A stretch of DNA of 64,000 bases from Candidatus Vogelbacteria bacterium (GCA_903864935.1 CAIPHT010000007.1:16293-80292); one strand, 5' to 3'. Shown: positions 27,629 to 37,210, counted from the first letter of the stretch. The notes: generated by a model not told the origin, from the letters alone. Translations and numbers: made by a program.

Positions 27629-28828
27629 ATGGAAGGTTTACCAGGGGAAAATATTAGCAATAACGAGGGTTTAGAAAGAGCTGAAAAGTTGGCCCGAAAG
27701 CTTATTGGCTTAATGACAGCTAAGATTGGGATTAATATTCCTGAAGAAAATTGGCCTGAAATAAAAATTTCCCCAGAAGGTTACAATACTTCTGCGTATG
27801 ACAAGAAAGACAATGTTATTTATCTAAACGAGTCACGCTTAGGTAGTGGCATCACTTACGGCGAAGAAATAGGGCATTTCATCAGATGCTATTTTGAGAG
27901 AGAAAATGGAGAGGCCGATATTTTTTGGGGTAATCCCAAGGTTGCGGTTGATGAATTTTATGGCCGTTTGGGTGAAAATATTGCCCGAGAAGTTTCCATG
28001 GGCACAGAGTTAGAAGTGCTCTTTGGCGAAGAGGACGAACGCAAACATTTTAAAGATGAAAAACTTGAAGAGGAAATAAAAAATGACATTAACAAGACAA
28101 AACCACTTTTAGATAAACTCGAAGAAGTGGCAAGAGCTAATCGTGAGGGTAAAATTAAAATAGCTGACAATATTAAATCATTTTTTGCTAAGCTTAAAGA
28201 TGCCGAATTGCTGTGCCAAGAAGCGAAACAACAAAAAATGTCTCCGGCTGAGTTGGGAAAAGAAGTTCTTAGTCTTGTCACCGAAGGCAGTGGAGGAAGA
28301 GAAGAATTAGCCGTTTTGGCCAAGTCCTTAATTAAAGATGGTGGTTATCCCGATTGGGCCCAGGGTCTGTTTGATGTTCTTACTGCGGCCGAAAAAAATC
28401 TCGCCGCCTTTAAAAGCAAGATTGAAGAAATGGGGTCATCTAAAGATGATAGTTTATACACTTTCCTCGAGAGTGATATTTGGTTTATAAAATCAAGCTG
28501 TAAAATGGCTATGATGAAATTATCAAACTTGGACCAGAGACTTGGTGGTATTGAGATGATAAATAACGCTCAGGTTAGCCTCCACCACACCATTGGGTAT
28601 GCTGCCGCTGAGAAATATATGCAGAAAGATCCTGATTGGCTTAGCAAGATACCCGTAATTTTTAAATATAAAAACAGGGAGGCGTTGGAAGAATTTATTG
28701 AAAATGATGATTTTCAGGATTGGCTACAGAGCAACGAATCAATGACCGTGTTAAAGGAAATGATTGAACAGTTAAAAAGAATTAGTGACTTGTCTATTTT
28801 CCCTTCAGAAGAATACGATTTAGACTAA
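27629..28828 (+). CDS. hypothetical protein
   Basis: 399-aa ORF, helical and charged; no recognisable family. Confidence 0.5.
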   Translation: MEGLPGENISNNEGLERAEKLARKLIGLMTAKIGINIPEENWPEIKISPEGYNTSAYDKKDNVIYLNESRLGSGITYGEEIGHFIRCYFERENGEADIFWGNPKVAVDEFYGRLGENIAREVSMGTELEVLFGEEDERKHFKDEKLEEEIKNDINKTKPLLDKLEEVARANREGKIKIADNIKSFFAKLKDAELLCQEAKQQKMSPAELGKEVLSLVTEGSGGREELAVLAKSLIKDGGYPDWAQGLFDVLTAAEKNLAAFKSKIEEMGSSKDDSLYTFLESDIWFIKSSCKMAMMKLSNLDQRLGGIEMINNAQVSLHHTIGYAAAEKYMQKDPDWLSKIPVIFKYKNREALEEFIENDDFQDWLQSNESMTVLKEMIEQLKRISDLSIFPSEEYDLD

Positions 28829-29808
28829 GAGGAGGAAGGGTAATCAAAACCCATATGTTCGTAAGCGCGCTGAGTGGCAACGCGACCACGGGAGGTGCGT
28901 TCGATGAAGCCGAGTTGGATGAGGTAGGGCTCGTAGACATCCTCGATGGTGGCGTCTTCTTCGGAAATAGCGGTGGCAATGGTGCCGACACCAACGGGTC
29001 CACCATTAAATTTGGAGATAATAATATCTAAGATCTGGCGATCGGGATCAGTGAGTCCCATCTCATCTATTCCCTGTAAAGCCAAAGCCTCTTTTACTGT
29101 TTTAAGGTCAAGAGATTTTTTGGTAATTTGCGCATAATCTCGACAGCGTTTGAGGAGATGGTTGGCGATACGCGGGGTGAAACGAGAACGACGAGCGACT
29201 TCGATAGCGCCCGCCTCATCAATTTCTATACCCAAAATTCCTGCCGAGCGTTTAATTATTTCGGTAATTTCTTCTTCGGTATAAAATTCGAGACGATAAG
29301 TCCCGCCCGAGAAACGAGAGCGAAGAGGGGAGGAGAGTAGGGCGACACGAGTGGTGGCCGCAAGGAGAGTGAAGGGTGGTAAGTCAATCTGGATGACTCT
29401 CGCCCCTGGCCCTTTGCCAATAACAATATTAAGCATCCCAGACTCCATGGCGGGGTAGAGGACTTCCTCAATCATTTTATTGAGCCGATGGACTTCATCT
29501 ATAAAGAGAATATCTCCAGGCGAGAGGTTGGTAAGGATAGAGGCGAGGTCACCCACCTTCTCAATAGCGGGGCCGGAGGTAATCTTAATTTGAGCGCTCA
29601 TTTCCTTAGCAATCAGGTGAGCAAGAGTGGTCTTACCGAGACCGGGAGGGCCATAAAATAGGAGGTGCTCAGGCGGATGATTGCGCTCTTTAGCGGCTTG
29701 GAGGAGGATTTTTAGGTTATCTTTGATATTCTTTTGCCCTACATACTCCTCCCAGAGAGCGGGACGCAAGGAGCGATCTAAAAAGGTGTCATTTTCGATA
29801 CTTGACAT
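28825..29808 (-). CDS. ruvB: Holliday junction branch-migration helicase RuvB
   Basis: AAA+ Walker [19 protein letters not shown], Walker [12 protein letters not shown]-terminal winged-helix; 327 aa. Confidence 0.95.
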   Translation of the reverse strand: MSSIENDTFLDRSLRPALWEEYVGQKNIKDNLKILLQAAKERNHPPEHLLFYGPPGLGKTTLAHLIAKEMSAQIKITSGPAIEKVGDLASILTNLSPGDILFIDEVHRLNKMIEEVLYPAMESGMLNIVIGKGPGARVIQIDLPPFTLLAATTRVALLSSPLRSRFSGGTYRLEFYTEEEITEIIKRSAGILGIEIDEAGAIEVARRSRFTPRIANHLLKRCRDYAQITKKSLDLKTVKEALALQGIDEMGLTDPDRQILDIIISKFNGGPVGVGTIATAISEEDATIEDVYEPYLIQLGFIERTSRGRVATQRAYEHMGFDYPSSS

Positions 29809-29851
29809 ATAATTCTTGATGTGCTAACATTAAGCTCAGGTAATCAAGTAG

Positions 29852-29997
29852 ACAAATCTCTAAACAATCTAGATCAATTTATTGATCTAACGGATTTATT
29901 TGAGAGGACGTTTCGGTTCCCACCCTAGCAGTGGATCAGACGGAAACTATCCTGGATTATTTATTTAACTTTAGTTGCATAACGAAAGCGATTGTTT
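29852..29997. mobile_element. MITE-like element flanked by perfect 18-bp terminal inverted repeats
   Basis: ACAAATCTCTAAACAATC at 29852..29869 and its exact reverse complement GATTGTTTAGAGATTTGT at 29980..29997. Internal perfect palindrome TAGATCAATTTATTGATCTA at 29870..29889. Located between ruvB and pilB. Confidence 0.4.
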
Positions 29998-30038
29998 AGA
30001 GATTTGTACACTCGATTATCAAAGAGCCGGGAACTGGG

Positions 30039-31736
30039 CTAAATTATCTCCTCGTACAGATCTATCACACGGCCCATTTCTTCTATCGTTGTTTCTCCTT
30101 TAATAACCTTCAGGACTCCATCTTGGCGCATGTCCAAGATTTTTTGCGGTATGGCGGCAATCTTAATTTCTTTTTCATTTGGATTGGTAATGGCGGCGGC
30201 TGCTACGGCGTCATCCATATAAATGGCTTCGAAGATGCCCTGACGGCCCTTGAAGCCAGTATTGTGGCACTCGTCACAACCAACACTTTTATAAACCTTA
30301 GTCCAAGTAGCGGGGACAAGCCCAGGGCGCTTTTTCTTAATGCTCTCTAAGACCTTATCAATTAACTCTTTCTCCCAAGGCTCAGGTTCTCGCTCTTGTT
30401 TGCAGACGGGGCAGAGCTTGCGCAAGAGACGCTGGGCAATAGATAGAGTAAGGGCGGAGGTAATAATCTTGGGATTAAGATTAAGATCAATCAAGCGGGG
30501 GATAGCGCCTTGGGCGTTATTGGTGTGCAAGGTTGAGAAGACTAAGTGCCCTGTTAACGATGATTGCACAGCAATCTTAGCGGTCTCGGGATCGCGAATT
30601 TCTCCCACCATGATAATATCCGGGTCTTGACGCAAGGCGCTTCGGAGACCAGAGAGGAAAGTGTAACCTTGCTTCCTATTGACCTGAGTCTGGTTGATGC
30701 CCTCGAGGTGATATTCAATTGGGTCTTCAATCGTGATGATTTTGCTCTCGGTGGAGTTAATCTCGCGCAAGAAGGAGTAGAGGGTCGTGGTTTTACCAGA
30801 GCCGGTTGGACCAGTAAGTAAGACAAGGCCGTTCGGCTTGTGAATTTCTTTATTAAAGACCTCAAACAATTCTTTCTCGATGCCCAATTTCTCGAAGGTG
30901 ACATTGATCGACTCCGGATTCAAGATACGCATAACGACCGATTCGCCATAGGCGGTGGGGATGACCGAAGAACGAATTTCAATCTCAGTATTCTTAAGTA
31001 TAATACTGAAGCGACCATCTTGAGAGGCGAGTTTAACATTCAACTTCATACCTGAGACAAGCTTGAGACGAGAGATAATCTGATTATAGATTTTGCTCGG
31101 GAAAACAGCCACATCTTCAAGTACGCCATCGAGGCGATAACGGAGACGAATATTGTCTTGCTCTGGTTCAATATGAATATCAGAGGCATCAGTCACGAGT
31201 CCGCCAGCCATAATAATTTCTAAGATAATAGAGATACCGCCCTGCTTCTCGGCGAGGTTGCTCTCTTTCTCGATCTCGACTCGGATATCCTTAAGAGTTT
31301 TGAAGCGGGTGGTATAATCCGCGATACTCTCACTGGAGATTTCGATTAGACCAGCATGAGACCTCTCAGATTTGGAGATTTCTTCATATTTGGCCCAGGC
31401 GCTCTCGAGGCCACTTAGAGAAGTGACATATAGAGTTATTTCAAAATTCTTGTTTTTTAATTCCTCAATGATACCCAAGGTCTCTGGTTTGTTGGGAGAG
31501 TCAACGGCGACATTTATTTTTTTGCCTGAGACAGAGAAAGCGACAATACTACCGGCGCGAGCGTCGGCTTCGGTCACCAGACGAAGAGCATCGGTATTAA
31601 CAAGAGTGCGAGTGAGATCAATGTAGGGGAGCTTGTATTTATCCGCCATCACTTGAGCCAGCTCTTCAGCCTCTCTGGTTCGCAAATCAGAAATTTGCTC
31701 ATCAGTAACTCCTTGTTTAAGTGGATCGTTGCTCAT
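30039..31736 (-). CDS. pilB: type IV pilus assembly / type II secretion ATPase (PilB/GspE family)
   Basis: N-terminal GspII_E_N region, Walker A LLTGPTGSGKTTTLYSFL, Asp/His boxes, tetracysteine CPVC...CDEC zinc motif; 565 aa. Confidence 0.9.
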   Translation of the reverse strand: MSNDPLKQGVTDEQISDLRTREAEELAQVMADKYKLPYIDLTRTLVNTDALRLVTEADARAGSIVAFSVSGKKINVAVDSPNKPETLGIIEELKNKNFEITLYVTSLSGLESAWAKYEEISKSERSHAGLIEISSESIADYTTRFKTLKDIRVEIEKESNLAEKQGGISIILEIIMAGGLVTDASDIHIEPEQDNIRLRYRLDGVLEDVAVFPSKIYNQIISRLKLVSGMKLNVKLASQDGRFSIILKNTEIEIRSSVIPTAYGESVVMRILNPESINVTFEKLGIEKELFEVFNKEIHKPNGLVLLTGPTGSGKTTTLYSFLREINSTESKIITIEDPIEYHLEGINQTQVNRKQGYTFLSGLRSALRQDPDIIMVGEIRDPETAKIAVQSSLTGHLVFSTLHTNNAQGAIPRLIDLNLNPKIITSALTLSIAQRLLRKLCPVCKQEREPEPWEKELIDKVLESIKKKRPGLVPATWTKVYKSVGCDECHNTGFKGRQGIFEAIYMDDAVAAAAITNPNEKEIKIAAIPQKILDMRQDGVLKVIKGETTIEEMGRVIDLYEEII

Positions 31737-31812
31737 TTTTATAATTTTACCGCGTTACTACTTACATTACTAGCACCCATTAAACTTAACGCAAAGTGGA
31801 TAAGTACCATTC

Positions 31813-31963
31813 GGCTTAGTAGTTTTGAAAACCACACAAAAATCTCCGGCGAAGATTTTTGCTCGCGTTCCGCGTTGCCGTTTTGCCTTCGCACTGCTGT
31901 GCATAAGGAAGGCAAAATCCCTGCCGGCAACAGCTTCACGAGGCTTTTCAAAATTACTAAGCC
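31813..31963. other. GC-rich structured non-coding element upstream of pilB
   Basis: 19-nt inverted repeat (1 mismatch) GGCTTAGTAGTTTTGAAAA / TTTTCAAAATTACTAAGCC enclosing a terminator-like hairpin (AAAAATCTCCGGCGAAGATTTTT) and nested 7+7-bp stems (GTTGCCGTTTTGCC ... GGCAAAATCCCTGCCGGCAAC). Confidence 0.4.
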
Positions 31964-32017
31964 TCATTTGTTGTCCGGAGAGGCTTTTTAAACGAAACAA
32001 CCTTCGTTCATTTGTGC

Positions 32018-32046
32018 TTGACAGATATGTTAGACTATGCTATACT
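32018..32046 (+). promoter_or_regulatory. near-consensus sigma70 promoter (TTGACA-N17-TATACT)
   Basis: TTGACA at 32018..32023, TATACT at 32041..32046, 17-nt spacer; followed by RBS AAAGGA 8 nt before the ATG at 32120. Confidence 0.55.
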
Positions 32047-32119
32047 ATAGGTAGAAATGCAGTATTGAGTTGGGAATAACTGGCGAGCTTAAAGGCCGCC
32101 TTAATGAAAGGATTTCCCC

Positions 32120-32779
32120 ATGAAGAACCTTGTTATAGTCGTTGTTTTTGTTGTCATGTTGGCGTCGGTTGCTTTTGCCCAGTCTGGGCAGAGCGTGACC
32201 TTTCACCAGCCCAACGGCGGGACGTCCACCTGGACCCCGCCGGCGGCGCAGATGGTCAAGACCCCGTGCTACGGCACGGTGCCGAGAGCCAACGGACCGG
32301 TCGTCCGTCAGCTTCAGTCGCAGTGGCCTTCTCAGGTCTCCGCCCCGATGCCGCCGGTTGTGGGTGGGACAACATCGGCTGATCCGAGCGGTGTAGCCTC
32401 CCTTCGGGGTGGCATAGTTGCCGCGCGCCCTGTTCCTTCGGGTAACCCCGAGGTCGACAGAGACAACAACCAGACGGACCTCCAATGGGGTCAGTTGGCG
32501 GCTGAGCGTGAGCGCAGCAACCAGCAGGCTGATCTGGAGAGAGTCCAGATCGAAAGGCAATACGACATCCAACGCCGTGAAGAGTCTCGCCAGACGGTTC
32601 AGACTTTGGCCAATGTCATCCAGAATTGGCAGGATGGACAGGCTCGGCGCGAAGACTCGAAGGCCTCGCGGCGAATTGAGGCAAACTGGCAGGCTCAGAA
32701 CGCCGCTCAGCAAGCGGCAGACCGCGCGAGCCAGTTGGCCCAAACGGCCATGTCAGCGGCCGCCGCGGCCAGGCACTAA
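32120..32779 (+). CDS. secreted Gln/Arg-rich protein encoded in a GC-rich island
   Basis: Signal peptide MKNLVIVVVFVVMLASVAFA-QS. GC-rich coding region that produces long shadow ORFs in other frames. Own promoter and terminator. Confidence 0.55.
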   Translation: MKNLVIVVVFVVMLASVAFAQSGQSVTFHQPNGGTSTWTPPAAQMVKTPCYGTVPRANGPVVRQLQSQWPSQVSAPMPPVVGGTTSADPSGVASLRGGIVAARPVPSGNPEVDRDNNQTDLQWGQLAAERERSNQQADLERVQIERQYDIQRREESRQTVQTLANVIQNWQDGQARREDSKASRRIEANWQAQNAAQQAADRASQLAQTAMSAAAAARH

Positions 32780-32795
32780 GTTTAGTAAAGGGTCC

Positions 32796-32840
32796 GAGCC
32801 CCTGGGAGAGAGTCACTCTCCCAGGGGCTTTTTCTTTTGT
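32796..32840 (+). terminator. rho-independent terminator
   Basis: GCCCCTGGGAGAG-AGTCACT-CTCTCCCAGGGGC followed by TTTTTCTTTTG. Confidence 0.65.
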
Positions 32841-32878
32841 CCTCATTTTGTTACGCTTATCGTTGTAGAATAAATAAT

Positions 32879-33367
32879 ATGAAAGAGACAAAAATTATTT
32901 CTAAATCACTCGAAGATACTTATAATGTTGCCAAGCTTTTTCTTTCTAACCTAAAACCTAAAAGTTTACCCCGTGGCGGAGCTTTACGGGGCTCCCAAGC
33001 TGCTGTTGTTTTACTCGAAGGGGACTTAGGAGGAGGTAAGACCACGTTTACTCAAGCCTTGGCCCGCGAACTTGGGGTGAAGAATTATCTTACGAGTCCG
33101 ACCTTTGTTTTAATGAAAAGCTACAAGATTTCTCCCGAAGTCACTGAGAGGCTTCGCCTCTCAGTTAAGAATCTTATTCATATTGATGCTTATCGCTTAA
33201 ATTCTGGCGCTGATTTGTTGAATCTTGGCTGGGCTGAGCTCGTCGCTAATCCCGCCCACTTAATTGTGTTAGAATGGCCAGAGAAGGTGGCCGACCTCTT
33301 CGACGGTTTGGAGCACAAAATCAAGTTCAAATTTATTGATGAACAAAAAAGAGAAATAATTTTATAA
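32879..33367 (+). CDS. tsaE: tRNA threonylcarbamoyladenosine biosynthesis protein TsaE
   Basis: P-loop LEGDLGGGKTTFTQALAREL, SPTFVLMKSY, HIDAYRL; start set at MKETKI (ATG 32879). Confidence 0.8.
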   Translation: MKETKIISKSLEDTYNVAKLFLSNLKPKSLPRGGALRGSQAAVVLLEGDLGGGKTTFTQALARELGVKNYLTSPTFVLMKSYKISPEVTERLRLSVKNLIHIDAYRLNSGADLLNLGWAELVANPAHLIVLEWPEKVADLFDGLEHKIKFKFIDEQKREIIL

Positions 33368-33789
33368 TGATGGAAGACAATATTTTTGATTTTTCTAAAT
33401 TTAAGAGAGAGAAGGAAGAAAAGAAGTCTGAGGTAATAAAAGCTGAAGGTAAGAAATCAGAACCAGATAATCTGGCCGGCTTTATGGGTATGATGGCAGA
33501 TATGATTGGGCAAGTGTCTGATGCCGGTGGTGCAGATAAATCGGTTAGTGATGCCCTCTCAGCTTTTCAATTAGAATTTTCGCCCAATGGTGTGATTATT
33601 AATAAGGTTAGGTACTCTGTGAATCCTCAATCAACAGCTTATCGGGAAGCCTATGAGAGAGCTGACCAGTTGTCGCTTGAAGAAATTCGCGGACAAATAG
33701 AATCCGCGAACGAGATGCCAATTAAGGCTCATCCGACTTGGTATGTTGTCCTTATTGATAACCTGATGAATCGCTCAAAGCCGAAATAA
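33367..33789 (+). CDS. hypothetical protein
   Basis: 140-aa ORF overlapping the tsaE stop (TAATG); no family recognised. Confidence 0.5.
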   Translation: MMEDNIFDFSKFKREKEEKKSEVIKAEGKKSEPDNLAGFMGMMADMIGQVSDAGGADKSVSDALSAFQLEFSPNGVIINKVRYSVNPQSTAYREAYERADQLSLEEIRGQIESANEMPIKAHPTWYVVLIDNLMNRSKPK

Positions 33790-33857
33790 CTTTATAAAAT
33801 AAGGCCTAATAGAGGTCTCACTTCCATAAGCCGTAGCCACGTTAAATAATCAAGACC

Positions 33858-33887
33858 TTGACGAGTAGGGCTATTTAGGGGTATATC
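33858..33887 (+). promoter_or_regulatory. sigma70-like promoter of GC-rich cassette (TTGACG-N18-TATATC)
   Basis: TTGACGAGTAGGGCTATTTAGGGGTATATC; near-identical in sequence to the promoter at 38851..38880. Confidence 0.5.
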
Positions 33888-33972
33888 TGAAGCAGATAAT
33901 CATTGTCATTTTACTCGGTGTCTCTGGGTGAAATGTTGAAATATCGGCGAACAGAAATAAGGAAAACTGACC

Positions 33973-34614
33973 ATGGATTACATGCTCAGCAAAGCGCTCC
34001 GCGAATTCAATTCCGGACCGCTTCATCAACTTCTAGTGAATCTTGGTGGGGAAGAGGGCGCAATGTGGGAAGCAGAGCTCAAAAAGTTCAATCGCAAGGA
34101 AACCTGCTGGCCCAAGACGAACCCCTACCTGCGCAAGCTCGCGGACGGCACGCTTCCGGCGACCGACGGCCAGCGAACGATGGTCAGGGCGAAGGACATG
34201 TTTCCCGGCTACTTCGGGAAAGATTACGCTAACTGGGGAACGGATGTCCCTGGCAAAGCGACGCCGGAAATGCCATTCCAAGTGTATGAGCTGGTCATGG
34301 ACGGTAAATTCGCGCAGATCTTCGGCGGATTCGCCCGTCCACTCGGCGAGTTGTGCTGGGAACAAGACAAGATCCTCGCGTTTGTGGAGGGTCACCCCGA
34401 ACGGCTCCACCCGCAGGGCTACGGGACCTTCTTCTTGTTCAAGGTTAAGTTCAAGGAGAACACCGAGAACAAGCGAGAGGAGTTCTTCGTTGCCAACGTC
34501 TACCGGGACGGTGGCCAGCTCAAGGCGCACGTGTTCCGGTTCTCGTTCGACAGCGTCTGGCCTGCCGGGTATCGCTATCGCTTCGTGGTCCCGCAACTGG
34601 CCTCAGCCGTTTAG
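33973..34614 (+). CDS. GC-rich cassette protein, paralog family member 1
   Basis: RBS AAGGAAAA. Shares VNxLGGEE N-terminal motif and C-terminal FFVANVYRDGGQLKAHVFRFSFDSVWPAGYRY motif with 39012..39605, 56425..56793, 59273..59920 and 53722..53901. Confidence 0.6.
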   Translation: MDYMLSKALREFNSGPLHQLLVNLGGEEGAMWEAELKKFNRKETCWPKTNPYLRKLADGTLPATDGQRTMVRAKDMFPGYFGKDYANWGTDVPGKATPEMPFQVYELVMDGKFAQIFGGFARPLGELCWEQDKILAFVEGHPERLHPQGYGTFFLFKVKFKENTENKREEFFVANVYRDGGQLKAHVFRFSFDSVWPAGYRYRFVVPQLASAV

Positions 34615-34708
34615 TCTCTGTTTCCCCTTTGTCGCTTTGATCCTCAATCCCTTGGACCCTTTCGGGGGCCCAGGGGATTTTTGCTATAAATGAGTTATAC
34701 TTAAGGCA

Positions 34709-37210
34709 ATGGCCAAAAAGAATTATAAAACCAAAATCGTCCTCATTGACGCCCATGCTATCTTGCATCGGGCTTATCATGCTTTGCCGGATTTCTCTTC
34801 GAGTAAGGGTGAGCCGACGGGCGGGCTCTACGGCTTGGCCTCGATGATGCTTCGGATTATTGCTGACCTTAAGCCAGATTATATTTTTGCTTGTTATGAC
34901 CGCGCTGAGCCAACCTTCCGTAAGCAAGTTTATGATGAATATAAGGCGGGGCGCGCTAAGGCTGAGCCAGAGTTGGTGGCGCAGATTATTCGTTCGCGCG
35001 ATATCTTCACCGCGCTTCATATACCAATCTACGATCTGGCCGGTTTTGAGGCGGATGATATTATTGGGACGATAGTTGAGAAATTGTCAAAAGGAGTTCG
35101 AGGAGAGACCTCGGGCTCACTCGAGGACTCACCTCGAACGCGACAGGCCTCCTCGGCTCAGATAATAATTGCCTCGGGTGATATGGACACCCTCCAGCTG
35201 GTTGATGACGATAGGGTTGTTGTCTTCACACTTAAGAAAGGTCTCAATGATACTGTCGTCTATGATGAGAAGATGGTGCGCGAGCGTTATGGCTTCGAAC
35301 CCAAATTCCTGATTGATTATAAAGGTTTAAGAGGTGACCCGTCTGATAATATTATTGGTGTGGAGGGTATCGGAGAGAAAACGGCGACAACTTTGATTCA
35401 AGAGTTTGGCACAATTGAAGATATTTATAAACAGATTAAAAAGGATGAGCAGGTTTTGCTTGATCGAGGTGTTAAAGCTCGAATTCTGGAGATTTTAAAG
35501 AATAGCGAAGAAGAGGCGATTTTTTCTAAAACCTTGGCAACGATCAGGCGTGATGCTGGTATTGATTTTAAATTACCTAAGGAGACTTGGGCCGAGACTT
35601 TTGAGACGACCAAGGCCGAGGGCTTATTCAATGATTTGGAGTTTAGGACTTTGATTGGGAGGTTGAAGAAACTTGAGATCGGGCCTCGCCCCACGGGCGA
35701 AGTTGGACTTCAGGGCTCATCGAAGTCCAACTTCTCACGACCGGGCTCGGCCGAGGGAGGTGAGCCGGCTGTGGGAAGTCCGACTTCAAGTGAGCCCGAA
35801 GTCGTACTTCACTCACCGGCTGAGGAACTTGAAATTAAACAACTTGCCATCGCCCTCTGGCTTATCAATTCAGACACTACCAACCCCAAGCTTGAAGATA
35901 TTTTCGAATACACCCGAACCGAAGACTTGGCCAAGGCCAAAGAAAAATTGTTGGCTGACTTAGAGAAGCTTGGCCTAACTAAAATTTACCAAGAAGTGGA
36001 ACTGCCTCTCATCCCAATACTTGAAGAGGCTCAGGCACGGGGGATTAAGGTGGATAAGAAATTATTGGCAGATTTGTCTGTTGATTATCATGCCAAGCTC
36101 AAAGATTTGGAGAAAAAGATTTATGAGCTGGCTGGCTCTGAATTCAACATTAATTCGCCCAAGCAACTAGGAGAGATTCTTTTTACCAAGCTTAATTTGT
36201 CGGTGAAGGGTCTTAAGAAGACAGCGGGAGGCAGTCAATCTACTCGCGAATCGGAGATTGCCAAGCTGAAGGATGTCCACCCAATTATCAACGAGATTCT
36301 GGCCTATCGCGAATTGCAGAAGTTGCTCTCAACTTATATTGATAATCTCCCTAAGCTCTTAGACGAGGACGATATTTTGCACCCGACCCTCAACCAGACG
36401 GGTACCACGACCGGGCGTATGTCCTCAACTAACCCTAACGTGCAGAATATCCCGACGCGGGGTGAGCAAGGGGCAGCGATTAGGACAGCCTTCGTCGCGC
36501 GCGAGGGGTATGAATTAATGGCTTTTGACTATTCTCAGATTGAGCTGCGAGTTTTGGCTGCCCTCTCACAAGATCCAGAATTAATTAAGATTTTTAACGA
36601 AGGTAAGGACATCCACACTTCGGTTGCGTCACGCGTTTTTGGAGTTATTGAGGGAGATGTGACTAAAGAGATGAGGCGACGGGCAAAGGTGATTAATTTT
36701 GGCATTATCTATGGGATGGGGGTTAATGCGCTTAAGGCCAATCTTGGGACAACTCGTGATGAAGCCCAAGAATTCATGGATAATTATTTTGCCTCTTTCC
36801 CCACTATCAAGAAATACTTCGAATTGGTGATTGAGGGAGCCAGAGACAGGGGATACACCGAGACTCTCTTTGGTCGTCGTCGTTATTTGCCGGCTCTTCA
36901 CTCTCAATTGCCTCAAATTAAGGCCAGCGCTGAGCGTATGGCGATGAATGCCCCACTTCAGGGGACGGCAGCCGATATTATTAAGCTGGCCATGATTCGG
37001 GCTGATAAAGATATCAAGGAGGCTGGTTTGTCAGACAAAGCCTTCTTGTTGCTCCAGATCCACGATGAACTTATTTTTGAAGTAAAAGAGGGACTTAGTG
37101 CTAAAGTTATGCCTTTAATTAAGAAATCCATGGAGGAGGTGATTAAGATGAATGTTCCCCTAGAGGTCTCATCGGCTCGTGGTCCTCGCTGGGGGGAACT
37201 TGAGAAATAA
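34709..37210 (+). CDS. polA: DNA polymerase I (5'-3' exonuclease plus polymerase; degenerate 3'-5' exo region)
   Basis: FEN domain (IVLIDAHAILHRAYHALPD), motif A DYSQIELR, motif B RRRAKVINFGIIYGMG, motif C LLQIHDELIFE. 833 aa. Low-complexity GC-rich linker regions carry palindromic insertions. Confidence 0.95.
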   Translation: MAKKNYKTKIVLIDAHAILHRAYHALPDFSSSKGEPTGGLYGLASMMLRIIADLKPDYIFACYDRAEPTFRKQVYDEYKAGRAKAEPELVAQIIRSRDIFTALHIPIYDLAGFEADDIIGTIVEKLSKGVRGETSGSLEDSPRTRQASSAQIIIASGDMDTLQLVDDDRVVVFTLKKGLNDTVVYDEKMVRERYGFEPKFLIDYKGLRGDPSDNIIGVEGIGEKTATTLIQEFGTIEDIYKQIKKDEQVLLDRGVKARILEILKNSEEEAIFSKTLATIRRDAGIDFKLPKETWAETFETTKAEGLFNDLEFRTLIGRLKKLEIGPRPTGEVGLQGSSKSNFSRPGSAEGGEPAVGSPTSSEPEVVLHSPAEELEIKQLAIALWLINSDTTNPKLEDIFEYTRTEDLAKAKEKLLADLEKLGLTKIYQEVELPLIPILEEAQARGIKVDKKLLADLSVDYHAKLKDLEKKIYELAGSEFNINSPKQLGEILFTKLNLSVKGLKKTAGGSQSTRESEIAKLKDVHPIINEILAYRELQKLLSTYIDNLPKLLDEDDILHPTLNQTGTTTGRMSSTNPNVQNIPTRGEQGAAIRTAFVAREGYELMAFDYSQIELRVLAALSQDPELIKIFNEGKDIHTSVASRVFGVIEGDVTKEMRRRAKVINFGIIYGMGVNALKANLGTTRDEAQEFMDNYFASFPTIKKYFELVIEGARDRGYTETLFGRRRYLPALHSQLPQIKASAERMAMNAPLQGTAADIIKLAMIRADKDIKEAGLSDKAFLLLQIHDELIFEVKEGLSAKVMPLIKKSMEEVIKMNVPLEVSSARGPRWGELEK

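Noticed and set aside
32045-32891. Multiple long ORFs in other frames/strands across the first GC-rich island (32045..32743 minus; 32104..32382, 32418..32873 plus; 32616..32891 minus)
   Set aside because: Arg/Pro/Ser-rich translations typical of shadow ORFs in GC-rich DNA. Only 32120..32779 has signal peptide, RBS, promoter and terminator.
34033-35020. Shadow ORFs over the second GC-rich cassette (34033..34596 minus; 34043..34693 plus; 34520..35020 minus)
   Set aside because: Arg/Ser-rich off-frame translations. 33973..34614 has the RBS and the paralog-family motifs.
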